The notes beneath the pieces are model-generated. The model saw only the letters and a list, made by a program, of their open reading frames with translations, ran no database searches and had not been told where the DNA came from. This document shows, in pieces, positions 26,110-39,144 of a stretch of DNA of 64,000 bases; position 1 is the first letter of the stretch; the number at the start of each line of letters is the position of its first letter. Position numbers and translations under genes: made by a program. Source of the stretch: Callorhinchus milii (Eukaryota); contig NW_024704742.1 of assembly GCF_018977255.1 (NCBI RefSeq), forward strand, positions 11,596,001 through 11,660,000, in the 5' to 3' direction.

Positions 26110-26428
26110 GGAGTCCTGTAGCTCAGTGGTTAGAGCACTCGCTTTGCAAGCGAGAGACCTGAGTTCAATTCCCGGCAGGGCAAAATCTTGGGCAAGTTTC
26201 CTTACTCCACACGACTAATAATAATCCCTCCAAAAAAATCAAAATCAATAATAAATTGGTCATTTTCAATCTACGACTGTTTGTGGGACATTGCTGTGTG
26301 CGATTGGCTGACACGTTGGCCCACAAATATACAGTCAATTCACTTTACAGTGTGTTCTGTGAAGCGCTTTGGGACATCCTCCCGACATGAGAAGCGCTAT
26401 ATAAAATGCAAGGATTATTATTATTATT
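26110..26428 (+). mobile_element. Complete tRNA-Ala-derived SINE with L2-like tail
   Basis: A box TAGCTCAGTGG, arm CTCGC-TTTGCAA-GCGAG (anticodon TGC), B box GTTCAATTCC, (TTA)n end. TSD TTAAATTGG at 26103-26111 and 26427-26435. Many tail fragments occur elsewhere (e.g. near 6146, 19810, 21115, 31510, 38312, 43893, 45440, 61960). Confidence 0.9.
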
Positions 26429-27856
26429 AAATTGGCCAAGCCTGCCCTGCTCCAATCTGTCTTGTCTCGCTCTGAAGATGTGTTAGTTGCTCGGGTCGCC
26501 ACGTCCTGTCCCGGGAGAACTCAGTTAAAATTGTGTCAAATGACAGCCTAGTAGAATCCACAGTGGCTGAAAGATTTTAGGGGTCATAAGTGATGGAGAT
26601 GCTGGCAGGTTTAGTCATGGTCTCTACTTTATTTCTACTCCCTGAGGACCATTGTGCACAACACAAAGCTCTCAATAGTTGGCTAGCTCCTGTTCACTGA
26701 AATCTGATCAGAATCCTAAGAGGATAAGATTGTTTTCAGTCCCTTTCTTTACTGGGACATTGATGGCTCCTTAAAGCCGTCATAAATACAAAACACAGCA
26801 AATATTATCTTACTGCATTATATTCTGTGAAGCACTTTGAAACGTCTCAAAGACATGATAAGGCACTATGTTAAATGCAAGGAATATTACTCTACTAGAA
26901 AATGAAGTTTAACAGTAAGGTAATATGGTCGGAAACAATTTTTTTTAGAGATGTGTGATCTGCCTGTTAAGGTCTAAGTTAAAATGCTATAAATGATGCT
27001 GTCCGAAAGGATGAGGGAATTTCTTCCCATGTCTTGGCCAACAATCTTCCAATAGGTTGGTAGTTTACCTTGTAGCTGTTTGTGGGACTTTGCTGGTTAC
27101 AAGTGATGCTGTGATTCCCTACAAAACCAGTAATTACACTTGACAGTAATTGCTTGTGAAGTGCAATGAATTGTTTCGATACGATAAAGTGCTATGAAAA
27201 TGCAATTTCTTCTTCCAAAGACTCAATGAAGGTGACCTTAAGCAGCTCATCACTTTGTCTAGGATCATCTGGGTAGCAAAACTAATTTCAGTTGAGGTTC
27301 CCAGCAGTGGCAAAAATCCGGCCATGTTTCTACGGATCAAAGCTGTTTTCAGTGCAAATTGTGCAGCTGTTGCCCTGATCAGTTATTGTTACAGCTTTGC
27401 CTCCTGTATACATCATGGCCTGCCAAAAAATTAAACTTGCAGTTGGCCAGAGTATAACTTGCTGTGTATTTGTTCTCTTGGTTGGAGAAGCAGATTGCTC
27501 TTTGGGTTCTGCTACATTTTCTTCGACTGCTGTGATTGAGTAGCATTGCAGAAGTTGGCAGCAATCCCTATATCCTGTTGTGGACAAGCTTGTTGATGTC
27601 CTGATGATATTAGTAGCCAGTTTGAGAGGATAATATTGGAGAGAAGCTCGTACCACAGCTCCAAACAATCTGCCGTTTACAGATGATCCGATTACAATGG
27701 ATTAGGATTTAAACATGTTTGCTGATAGTTACTTAAGCCGCTTGTTAATGCAAAACAACTGAACATGCATTGTCCTATAAATGGCCAAGAGAATAAGGCT
27801 AGCATGATATCTAAACAAACACAATATCACAATGTAGACTTACACTTACTCTCCAC

Positions 27857-28010
27857 CTGAGATGAGACATTAAACCGAGGACCCATCTGCCTGTTCAGAT
27901 GGATGTTAAGCAATCCCTGGTACAATTCGAAAAGAGAACGGAGTTTCTCATGTCCTGGTCAACAATCCCCCAGATAAAATTGGTAATTTACTTCATGGTT
28001 GTTTGTGGGG
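27857..28010 (+). mobile_element. Deu-domain SINE fragment
   Basis: GATGAGACATTAAACCGAGGACCCATCTGCCTGTTCAGATGGATGTTAAG; homologous to 530-770. Confidence 0.7.
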
Positions 28011-30018
28011 CAAATTCTTAAATTCAGTCCTAATTTTTAATCTGGCTTTCTGTACATTCTTTGAAGAGCTACAGAAAACTGGCATCAAAGTTAAAACAGA
28101 ATTCAACAATTTGTAAATCTAGACTCACGTGGAATTTCTACCCCAATATCTCAATTAAACATAAACTGTGTTATTAAAATTCAGAGCTAAGACTAAAATT
28201 AGATTGATCAGTGAGTCTAATTAGATATTACAATATCAAGTGCTTTATAAATTGGCATAATGCAATTGGTTTGCTTTGTAAAGCAAATTTAAACATCCTA
28301 TTTGACTGTAGGTTGCAATAAAACACATATCTTGCCATTGATATCACTGTGGCAAACTTTCCCACTGCTTGGCCAGCTCGGACTTGCCAGAGCTTCGGCT
28401 TGCAGGGTTAACAGGAGCTGAGCGAGATTACTCCCTGCCCCCAGTGACTGGTCTGCCCTTCCAAGTCCTGCCGATCAGCTAGGCTGGCTGTGCTGTCCTG
28501 GAATACTGCGGACCCGCCTGGCTCAGCAACCGGACTGCAGACCGCCACAGAGGGCTGCCTCGATTCCAACATTCCATTGCCAAGCATGTCAGCTTGGAGC
28601 CAGTTCAGCTCCAAGAAGACACCTCTTACCCCAAGGAGGATAGTCACTACCTGGTCGTTCGACATCCGGCACAATAGAATGGCACCAAATAAACAACCAG
28701 CTCGGCAGAACCCATGTTAACGTTTTCTTCTTTACAAAGAAATATACCCATCAATCTGGATTCATTCTGACCTCATTTCCAAATGTCCTAAAGGCCTCAC
28801 TTCACCTCAGCTATGTAATCTCCAGCCATTTGTCTCAGCCTGAACTATCTACTATTCGGTATTTGGTCTGCTGCTTGTGCTTTCTCCCTCTGCTGAAAAC
28901 CGTTATAGGACCGTCAGGCACAACAACCTTATTCTCTCTTTGGAAGACACTTGGGTTTCACTGCCAGGCCTTTCTGTTTCCAGAAATCTCCTAAAAAAAA
29001 TTTTGTCCTTGCATTCCATTGCCTCTAAATTCTTCCGATATTTTGTTTGAGGGTCCTCTGCTCTCTTTAAATGCTTTGAGATGTTCGTTTATGTGAATGG
29101 CACCTCATAAATGCATGTTGTTGGTTGAGGTTGTCAGTGCAAGAGCCTTACATATGCAATAAGAAACTGAGGACTGAGCAGTTATCCATCCATCAAGCTG
29201 TGTGATACTGATTTTTAAATCCGTAGCACAGAAAAATACAGACCATATTAACGTGTTTTTGCCCTATCTTTTAATCATGTATGTCCCTTTTTGCAACACA
29301 TCTTTTAAAGTATGAGACCAATTTTTATTTGGCAGTTTATAAATAAATTCTGTAAAGTCCCTTTTTTGACCAATTCTTGTTTTTTTTCCCCCACATTATC
29401 CCAGTAACACACTCTGGGGCACCCCAAGCCTTGTCTCTTGCCAACCTGCACCTAATACTTTCTGGATTTGGCTAAGCAGGATACGTCCCTCCAGACGTAG
29501 AAAGCTTTTTTATATGTAAGTGGCATACATATGTGGAATTCTGAATTGTGATCTAGATCCTCTTAAGCATAGGATTTCCACATATGGAAGTATTCCTGCA
29601 CTGCATTTTTCTGCTATGTTTGCTTTAGATTAATAATTATTGTTAAAGTTCTGATTGCAGCACTTGCAACATTCCAATTAAATTGGTACTACTGTATTGT
29701 AACCTGAGATCCTCTTTAACAAGATTTTGGAATTTGGGTTTGGCCCAGCCACAGCAAAGTTGATTTTGCTGACGTTCGAGTGCTGAGACAGTCGGAGCTC
29801 ACCCTCCAGATGAACTGAGTATTAATTTCATAGTTTTATGGGACCCTGCCCTGCACAAATGGTTTTGCCCACAGAAAGAGTCACGACACTTGACAGCAAT
29901 TATCTCTGAAAGGATTTGCGACATTCCATTTTGATAAATCCCTTTAAAAATGCACCTTTTATATTTCACACTCCTAACAAAAGGTTATAAAGCAACATTT
30001 TTCTTGATTTTCGTCACT

Positions 30019-30593
30019 CAACAACAACAACAACAAGATTCCATTTATAGAGCGCCTTTCATGTCGGGAGGACGTCCCAAGGCGCTGTACAGTTGGGTCA
30101 GGACCCGAGCAAGGGGGCAATGGTCAGGGTGAGGGGAGGGAAGGGAGGGAGCGAGGAGGTGGTAGAGAGTCGAGAGGGGAGCTGAAGGCACGGTCAAAGA
30201 GAAAGGTCTTGAGACCGGCCTTGAAGGAGGAAAGGGAGGAGGCGGCGAAGGCACTGGGGGATAGAGTTCCAGAGCCTGGGGGCTGAGAGGCTGAAGGCCC
30301 GGCCACCGATGGTAGGGCGGTTGGGGCGGGGGATGTGGAGCAGACCGGAGCCAGAGGAATGGAGGGTACGGGCAGGTAGGTAGGGGAATAGTAGGTCGGA
30401 GAGGTAGGAGGGAGCAAGGCCGTGAATGGCCTTGTAAGTGAGGATGAGGATCTTGAAATCGATCCTCTGGGGGATGGGGAGCCAGTGGAGGCGAGCGAGG
30501 GTGGGAGTGATGTGGTCCCGAAGCCTGGTGCGGGACAGTACACGAGCTGCAGAGTTCTGAATGACCTGCAGCTTGTGGAGGGAGGTGCCGGGG
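30019..30593 (-). mobile_element. L2 LINE 3' fragment (family A)
   Basis: Minus-strand SFKAGLKTFLFDRAFSSPLDSLP; same tail as 1-280. Confidence 0.88.
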
Positions 30594-32345
30594 TATCTAC
30601 ATATCTACAAGAAAGCTATTGAAACCAGATGAACAAACATCTAATTTGCCAACAAATATGCACACACAGTTGATACTCTAGTCAGTGAATCATATGATAA
30701 TCTTTAGAGATGTCCTTCTGATATCTGCAATATTACATGTGGAAGCATCCAATAAATGATAAATTGACATGATGGGTTTACACTATGTCACTTTTCTTAT
30801 TTAAAGGGCACAGTCTCTGAATTCAAGTTTGTCAAATTGATTTTATCTTTAAAAAGAAGCATACAACAACAACTTTACAGTGCTGTTTGTGTTGGTGGAT
30901 GTTTCTAAGCACTTTCAAAGCCAAAACGAAATTACTCAATTTAGTTAAATTATTTTTGACTTGATGAATAGATTCTACTGAATAATTTTCCTGTTTTTTG
31001 ATTTGATTTGAGGATTATAAGAAGATTAACTCTTTCTGAAAATGAAATGGGAATATTACTTTATAATATGTATGTGGATGATCATATGGTATATTAAAAT
31101 ATTTAACGATTATGTGTGAAAATATTAGCATCATATATTGTAGACAGATCCTCCCAATTATGAAGAAGATAATAAATAATGTAAATAATAATTAATTCTT
31201 CAATGGGCAAAATGAAAAATTTGTGGGCCTTAAATTTTTTTAGCATTTAGAATTTGGCAACTTGATGAATGCTGACTTTGAAGTTGTTTTTTCACTAGTT
31301 CTGAAAAGGATTTATAGACAGTGTGCTTCAAAATTAAGCATATATTTAGGAAGTTACCAAATTCTGGTCACTCTAATACGCTAGATAAATAGAGTTAATC
31401 TAGACACGGGTAGAATTTTTCCCCAGCTGTCAGTTAATTGTGCTGATCACTAAACGTTCACTACACTTTTATAATGAGGATATTGGTTTACATTATATAA
31501 AAAATAATGTGGTCACTTCAATCCACGACTGTTTGTGGGACGCTGCTGCATTTCGTCCACAAAATATACAGTCATTACACTTTACAATATTCTGTGAAGC
31601 GCTTTGAGACATTTTGAAGATGTGATAAGGCACTATATCAAATGCAAGGAGTATTATTATTGTATGTAGCAAAAGGACAGCTATATTTAGAAATCAGTGT
31701 ATTTAGAGACCAGTAAAGTCCACATGTGTGCCCTTTGTAATATAGATGGAGAGTGACTTTATTCCACTCTTTTTCTGAAGAGTGCAATGCTTCACTTTCT
31801 GATTCAACAAGGGAGGGGTATAACTGTGGGGTACATTATGTAATGTTATTGTGGAAACCAGTTCAATCGATGGTTTGAGACAAACCTGTTGAGCTTAATC
31901 ATTTTTTAACTTCGACTGACCTCATGGAGATCAGCAAAATCATTGTTGTGCTGTTTGGAAACCGTGTAGAAAGACGAGCAGGAAGTGAACAAGTGGAATA
32001 GGAAACTTTGAACGACTATGATTCTAGTCCATCAGTGGTCATGTGATTAGATATGTATCATTGGCACCTGGACATTATGGCGTGACCTTCTAACGCGCCG
32101 TGTGTAAATTGACTTGTTCAGTGTCTTGTTTCAGTGAGGAAAGCTAGTTAAAAGTTACAAACCGCATGAGCCTGCATCATTTGTTGAGAATGATTTCCTG
32201 AACTCAAGACAGGCCTGATGGCATCAGATTGATAATCAATTGGCACACACTCTCCTGATGGGCTATAGTCGAGGGCAGCCTCATGGCCTGTATAGATTAA
32301 CTGACACTTGCCTGTTGACTGATCATTTTCTTATTGTGTTCCCAG

Positions 32346-32555
32346 CTTAGTGACCCTGTCCATGAGCTGCTGTTGGAGGTTATTACCTGGGTCGGGATCC
32401 TGATATCACTTGTCTGCCTGCTGATCTGCATCTTCACTTTTTGTTTCTTTCACGGACTTCAAAGTGATCGAAACACCATCCACAAAAACCTTTGTATCAG
32501 CCTTTTTGTGGCCGAGTTGCTTTTCCTAATTGGGATCAACCTTACAGATCAACCG
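32346..32555 (+). CDS. ADGRL3: TM1-TM2 exon
   Basis: CAG ending 32345, GTGAGC at 32556, 210 nt, phase 0-0. [61 protein letters not shown]. Confidence 0.97.
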
Positions 32556-32669
32556 GTGAGCATGTCTTGTTCTTAAGTTCCCATTTGCCTGGAGTTCTCA
32601 AACCCGCAAAGCCCTAAGAGAAAGCATTCTCAGGACATAGGATTTCAGAGAATTGGACAGGGATTGATT

Positions 32670-32832
32670 GGAGATGGGGTGGTTTCACGGAGAAGGAATG
32701 GGGTGGTGGACGGGGGAAGGGATGGATGGAGTGGGGGAGGGGATGGGGTGGTGGAGACAGAGGGATGGGGTGGGGGATGGGTTGGGGGAGGGATGTGGTG
32801 GTGGAGGGGATGGGATGGGGGTGGGGAGGGGT
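32670..32832 (+). repeat. G-rich low-complexity tract
   Basis: Dense G3-G5 runs built from GGATGGGGTGG-like units. Confidence 0.9.
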
Positions 32833-33899
32833 CCAGCTCATCTCAAGGATTCAGATTCAGAACCAGCTCAGACACGTGGATTGAAGATGTCCATTTGTTG
32901 GTTGTATGGGTGGTATGTAGTATTAGTTTTGCTAGTTCTGAGCCTGTCCCTCAGGATTATGGGCTCATTAGAACTGGCAATAATTTGGCAATCTCAGTTG
33001 AAGAGCTCACAGGATGGCTGTTATGAGAAGTTAAGAATATCACTGTGATGTATAGTACTGGTGCTCCTCTCACGTTTGGGGTGAGGCATATTGTTGGGGT
33101 AAGCTTCCTTCTGCATCTAACTGTGCTGTAGCTGAACTGGGAGATGTTTTTATTTTGTCTGGCACACATGGAAACCTATCACCATACAAACCAGAATGAA
33201 CATTCCACAAACGTCGGCTGTGTACGCGTGGAAATTTCAGTGTGTCTGGAATAAAATATGTTCCTCAGAGGGATGCCCCCATGATTACCTTTTTCTGGAA
33301 TGTATTAGCCACACGTCGGCAAGATTCCAGGCTTTGGGGACCCCAGCTGGAGTTCAGCCAACTAAAACCAACATAGTTTGTTTGACATTGCAAATTCTAT
33401 CTGGCAAAATTCCTGCTATTTGTCCAGCTCGGGCCACCCTACCCTTGAGGGCTTAATGCTGGCACCAGTGTTTTTTTAAATGTATTCTATTCCCCCCCAA
33501 CACACACACATCTATCCCTTATTTTGAGCACAATTTTAAAAAGTTGACTTTGCACGTAAATGATACAATTAAAGTTGTGAAAGGAAAAACCAACAAGTGG
33601 ATCTGGTTTGAATTGAAAGATTGAACGATTAAAACAACAAGTTGGATGAGAGATATGCCATGGAAACCCCCTAAAAGCTGACGTTAACTGCCTGTGTCCT
33701 GATGTCCCTGCTGAAAATATATTGACCATATTACAAAGCATCCAGACAGTGAGCAGAAAGTTTTGTTCTAAAGTTTAGAACACTAGGTAGTTAGTACCTT
33801 TACCATTGTTGTGTTGGAAAGCTTTGGAAGCTTCTGTTTCAAGACTTGCTTTTGTCAGCACTAACTACTGCCCATTAATCAGTTATATTGGTGTTCTGT

Positions 33900-34010
33900 T
33901 TCATAGAATCATAGAATCCTACAACGTAGAAGGAGGTCATTCAGCCCATCGTGCCTGTGCTGGCTCTTTGAAAGAACTATGCAGCCCCTCCCTCCACTCT
34001 TTCTCCATGA
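33900..34010 (-). mobile_element. CR1-type LINE 3' end
   Basis: TCATAGAATCATAGAATC tail; homologous to the 25161 copy. Confidence 0.75.
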
Positions 34011-35431
34011 TAAAAGATTAAAAATGTTCCACTTTGACTTGGACAAGAATTTAATACAAATATCCATGATATGTTGTCTTTCCTTTAGGTTTATTGGACT
34101 TAATGTTCACTGGAATGTATATTCTCTGTACAGTGTTGTGTGTCATCATCATAGTGTTGTTGATGTTGTAGAGTACATGCTAGTGTTGTCTCTGAGTCCT
34201 GCAAATTCAAGAGAGAAAGAGCTGCTTCCTAGCTTTAGTGTGTTGAACATAAAATTCCGCACTTACCATCTATTTTGTCCTGAATGTCCAGCTCCTTGGG
34301 ATGTCCTCCCGACATGAAAGACACAATACAAATGTAATTTTGTGTTCTATTCTGTTGTTTTTCGTTTTTGAAATTGTTTTTTTCTGCTCTTCTTTATTCA
34401 ACCTCTTAAGTCCCAAGAAGTATAAACAGATCAAAATAAATTACCCGCTCCCACACTTAGAATCTGTCACAATGGTGTACAAAAGTGATATCTGCTGCTG
34501 ATTCTTTCTCACACATTTTCTTTCTCCCACTGTTCCCCTCTCTTCCCCCTTCTCTCCCTTACTCTCTCTTTCTATCTCATCTTTTCTCACTCTCAGTCGC
34601 TCTCTGTGATTTCCCATCCTGAGTGATTTCCCATCCTGATAGCCACACCTTCAAGATGCAGATTTCAGTGATGCAGCAGGTTACGTCCTTGAATCAATCC
34701 TCATATGTTAGATTTCTGAGGCCTTGTCCCTCTGCACAGTGATCTGTGGCATCCACCATCTGAAGACTATCATTTCTACTTTTGTTTTAATTGATATATT
34801 TCTTTTTAATACATCAGTGACCCAAAACGCTGTAAAACCCAGTCTGAACTCAAATGTTCAGACTTGGGGGAACATTTTATCTCTTTATTTGCCACTTCAC
34901 ATCTGCCAGTCAGTATTATGATTAAATTTCTGCTCCTTATGGCTTTGAAAAATCCAAACTAAATCCAAATCTGAATCTTAAAGGTGTGGCCACTGCTGGG
35001 ACAAAGGGGAAATAGGGTACCAGAATGGACCAGACTTGTGTAAATCCCAAACATTTCCCTCAAATCAAATGCTCCACGTTATTGATTCTCACTTAGCCAT
35101 CACTGCTTAGCTTTCTCAACACTGCCCATTCCTCTCTCCCGAAATGCTCCTCTTCCCCCAACAGCTCATATAGACCTGCTGGACATTTGCAATCTGCACA
35201 CATCCAACAAAATGAATTTCCACCTGAAATATATGTGTCCCTCTAAAATACCTTTTTTAGCATAAATTGTTTCCGAGACCCTCTTCCCCAGGAACACTCT
35301 GACTTGTACATAGATCAAATGATAAGGCAGTCTTTGCATTCCCACTGACCCATAACAAATGTCATATGCATTGCCAAGATTAAGGAGTAAGAGGGTAAAT
35401 CCAGCTAATCTGCCAGTATGGTTTCTTTCAG

Positions 35432-35652
35432 ATTGCTTGTGCAGTCTTTGCTGCTCTGCTTCACTTCTTCTTCCTCGCTGCCTTCACATGGATGTTCCTG
35501 GAGGGTGTTCAGCTCTACATTATGCTAGTAGAAGTCTTTGAAAGTGAGCACTCCCGCAGAAAGTACTTCTATCTTGTAGGATATGGAGTACCTGCACTTA
35601 TTGTCGCTGTCTCAGCAGCCGTGGACTACCGGAGCTATGGGACAACAACAGC
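35432..35652 (+). CDS. ADGRL3: TM3-TM4 exon
   Basis: CAG ending 35431, GTAAGT at 35653, 221 nt, phase 0-2. [29 protein letters not shown]...[10 protein letters not shown]. Confidence 0.97.
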
Positions 35653-37132
35653 GTAAGTCTGCAGTTTGGCTTTGAAAATCCCTTTGTGGGAGTGAGCATT
35701 ACTTCTGTTTGATTGATGAATTAATGAACACAAGAGAACCAAATGATTTGAATTTAAATAATTTAGCTGCCTCTTACCATATAATGATTTGATTGATCAA
35801 AGAATGCAGAGAAGATCAGACAGTTCATTTTATTAGCAGCAGCCTGCATTAAAAGCAAATGGTTGAAAATGCAGTTATTTAATGGAAAGTACTTACCATA
35901 CAATTAATGGAGGGCACCCTTACGCTCAATGGAAAGTAAGGGTACTTAGTGGGAAGAACTTTGCAGTAAAATGCTGTGAAGCGCTTTGAAACGTCCTCCC
36001 AAAATGAGAGTCTCTGTTAAAAGTGTAAAGATTGTTAGTAATATTATTACTGTACCAATTCCCACCGATGACTTTATTAGACTTGTATCCGTTACAGTAA
36101 GGTCAAATAAAGATTGTCACAAAACAGTGGGAATTGATTACAAACAAAAATCCACATGTGAAGTGAAGCACGTATTGAAAATGGTGAGTAGTGAAAATGA
36201 AGTCTCCTCTTGCAATTTTCACCCTATATATTTTTTCCAATGACATTTGTAAATGCGTTCTCGAGTAAGGCAAAAGCTGGGTGAGGAAAGGGGTGGAAAT
36301 GCTGCTCATTTGGTTCTAATATGTTCTGCTATGTTCTGCTATGTAAATTAAGGCCGTCCTTACAGTATTTTGTCTTGAAGGATTTCATTCCAGTCAGGCG
36401 TGCACTTGTCACTTTCATTTTGTCCATCTGTCACACAAATGAAACTCGAAAGAAATGTAATTTTCAGGCAGACTACAAATTTGATCCTGTTGAATGCAGC
36501 AGAAATTACACGATTAATAATTTAGTAAAAGGTCATAAATCTGCTGAAGCATTCCACACAGGATGCTACCAAAGCCTTGAAATGTTACTGCCGATAATGG
36601 GCCGTGGGTTTAACCAGCGAAAAGGTTGATCACCTCAGCTAATTACAGTTCAAGGAATGATGCTCATTTCCCCTCTGAACAAAATGCTTGCTCCATTCCT
36701 CTCTTAAATAAAATGCTGCTCCCATCTGACAAATGCTAGACAGGTTATTGTCACTAGTAATGGGAGAGGAGAGAAAAAGATCAGAATTAGAAGATTTAAT
36801 GGTTGTGTGAATTACTCCTCCATCTCCCCCCACTCCCAATGATTTTATAACAGCAGAGAAAGATGCTCTAACACAAGTGCTGACATCAGGCCCAGTGCCA
36901 TCTTTCTGCTTTTTTTTTTGTCTTCCGAGAGATAATTATCTTACTCCATCAATGATGCTGTCAGAAATTGGTGCCGTAATTCAGCATTTAAATGAACAAT
37001 GGTATAATATCGCCTGGCTCCCAGTGGACTATTTTGCGGTGGGCATTCCTCTCTGTCACTCTGCTGCTGTATGTTGATATATGCTCTGCACTCAGTACTT
37101 GAATGTTTCCTGTCCCCTGCGTTTCATTACAG

Positions 37133-37199
37133 ATGTTGGTTGAGGCGAGACACCTACTTCATTTGGAGCTTTATAGGCCCCGCGACCTTGATTATTATG
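37133..37199 (+). CDS. ADGRL3: ECL2-TM5 exon
   Basis: CAG ending 37132, GTAAGT at 37200, 67 nt, phase 2-0. CWLRRDTYFIWSFIGPATLIIM. Confidence 0.96.
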
Positions 37200-38110
37200 G
37201 TAAGTACTGCTAATTAACACAGCACCTCCAAGGGTATGAAATAGGACTTTTGCTAGACCTTTCCTGTACATTTTTAATTTATGGACATTCATTTTAAAAA
37301 TAAATGTTCTTTCCTGACCCACTTAATCGTTGCAAGCAATTAGGGCTTCACTGTCTCAAAAAAAACAGTGAAGGTGATTTTGACAACAACATTTCACCAA
37401 AGCATTGAAGTAACTTATCACGATGTGTAAAATGGATCAATTTTTCTGGTGCCACAGATCCATCAAAGAATTGCTCAATCGTCTCATTTAAAATAACAGA
37501 GGATATTTGCATAGCCTCCTTCTCTGGTTCTTGACGAGGATATCATTGTCTGATTCAGGGCATGAGTGCATTTTTTTTGCATATAATTATGTAATTGATA
37601 ATTATTTAGATCAAATACTTTTCACAGTCGGGCGACTGCAGTAAAAATTAATTTTGATGAAACGCTGAACCCTGCATTTGATTCGAGGAAGTGAGGCTGA
37701 TTTGGGTGGTGGATGTTGGAATAGCAGTGAATTGTGAAGTGGTGGAATGTGCAGGTTCCCCCCATGCAGTTTGTCCTCTCAAGATCAGTTCCAGATAGAC
37801 GGCAGGGAAGAAACATGAAAGGTTATGCACTTCATCAGGAAAGGGACAAAGCAGAGAGTCACCTCAAGCTGTGCAATGATGATAACGGAAAATAATTGGA
37901 GAGAGTTATTCTGGCAGAGGCTGTAGGCCCCAACTTTCTGTTTGGAAGTGATATGTGACAGACAGACAAGACAGATGGGTGTAGAGGAGAAAGGGCAAAC
38001 CAAGAGATGCATGTGAAGGAAGGAGGGGAACAGAAAAAGAACCTAAAAGGAGCAGAAGGGAGGTATTAAGCTTTTCATGCTAAAGTAACTTTTTGTTTTC
38101 AATTTTGCAG

Positions 38111-38202
38111 TTGAATGTAATATTTCTTGGGATAGCTCTTTACAAAATGTTCCATCATACAACTGTACTGAAGCCAGAATCCAGCTGTTTGGATAATATC
38201 AA
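38111..38202 (+). CDS. ADGRL3: TM5-ICL3 exon
   Basis: CAG ending 38110, GTAAGT at 38203, 92 nt, phase 0-2. LNVIFLGIALYKMFHHTTVLKPESSCLDNI. Confidence 0.96.
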
Positions 38203-39067
38203 GTAAGTCTCTTTCCATTGTGAGGGTCTTTGAGTGAGCTGTGTTTTGACGTTATGACGTAAATTGCATGTAGAGGTAAATATTTCACGGACTTACCCGT
38301 CTGCTTTGCATTATAATAATAATAATAATAATAATAATCCTTGCATTTGATATAGCGCTTTTCACGTCAGGAGGACGTCCCAAAGCGCTTCACAGAACAC
38401 ACTGTAAAGTGAATTGACTGTATATTTGTGGGCGAACGCGGCAGCCAATTGCGCACAGCAATGTCCCACAATTACTTGATGAATTGAATTGCCTTGTGCT
38501 TACAATATAGTTTATTAGCTGGAATGTTTCCCAGATGCAGCTTATCACTAGTGGGACCATCATATCATATAACAATATCATATACCCTTCTGAGAGTGGA
38601 CAACCAAGTCTTGAGTTGAACAGCTCATGTCCGTTTCCTTCACCGGTGTTTGCAAAATGCCCCCAGTTATAACAAATGCCCCATTACTTACCTCTGTAAT
38701 GAGTATTTAGAATTAGGTAGAAATGACATTATAAATATGACTGCACTGCTTGAGTATCCACTGCTTTGGATCTTCTGACATTATCAGTAGATTGGAACCA
38801 ATAAGATGCCTGAATGTTAATGCTGTACTGGCCCTGAGGTGAATTTTCTAAGCTGTCCTCTTAAGCACTGTTTTTTGCTTAATTAAAAGACGTAGACATG
38901 ATTTCTCAATATTATAAATAGTACAATTTATATTTCTTACACATTTCCCCCCCCCCCAAAAGGTTTGAGTGTTGGATCTTGGCTCCGCTATCTTTGCCGC
39001 ACTCCTCTTTCACTTGCAATTGCCTTATCCATGGATTACGATTACACTATCCGGAGTATGGTGGTAC

Positions 39068-39144
39068 ACACTGGTCACCTATTAAGGATACGTAACACTG
39101 GTCACCTATTAAGGATAGGTAACACTGGCCACCTATTAAGAATA
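39068..39144. repeat. 27-bp tandem repeat, about 2.8 copies
   Basis: ACACTGGTCACCTATTAAGGATA(C/G)GTA starting at 39068, 39095 and 39122. Confidence 0.92.

Noticed and set aside
26110..26182. tRNA-Ala(UGC) gene (also 39982, 55391, 50800-50868, 22700-22773)
   Set aside because: These are multi-copy mutated heads fused to a SINE body and L2 tail, one with a TSD; the T-arm and acceptor pairing are imperfect.
32614..33048. Pro-rich and Gly-rich ORFs in the ORF track
   Set aside because: Translations of the G-rich low-complexity tract.
39068..39144. CRISPR-like array
   Set aside because: Contiguous tandem units without spacers, no cas genes, vertebrate intron.
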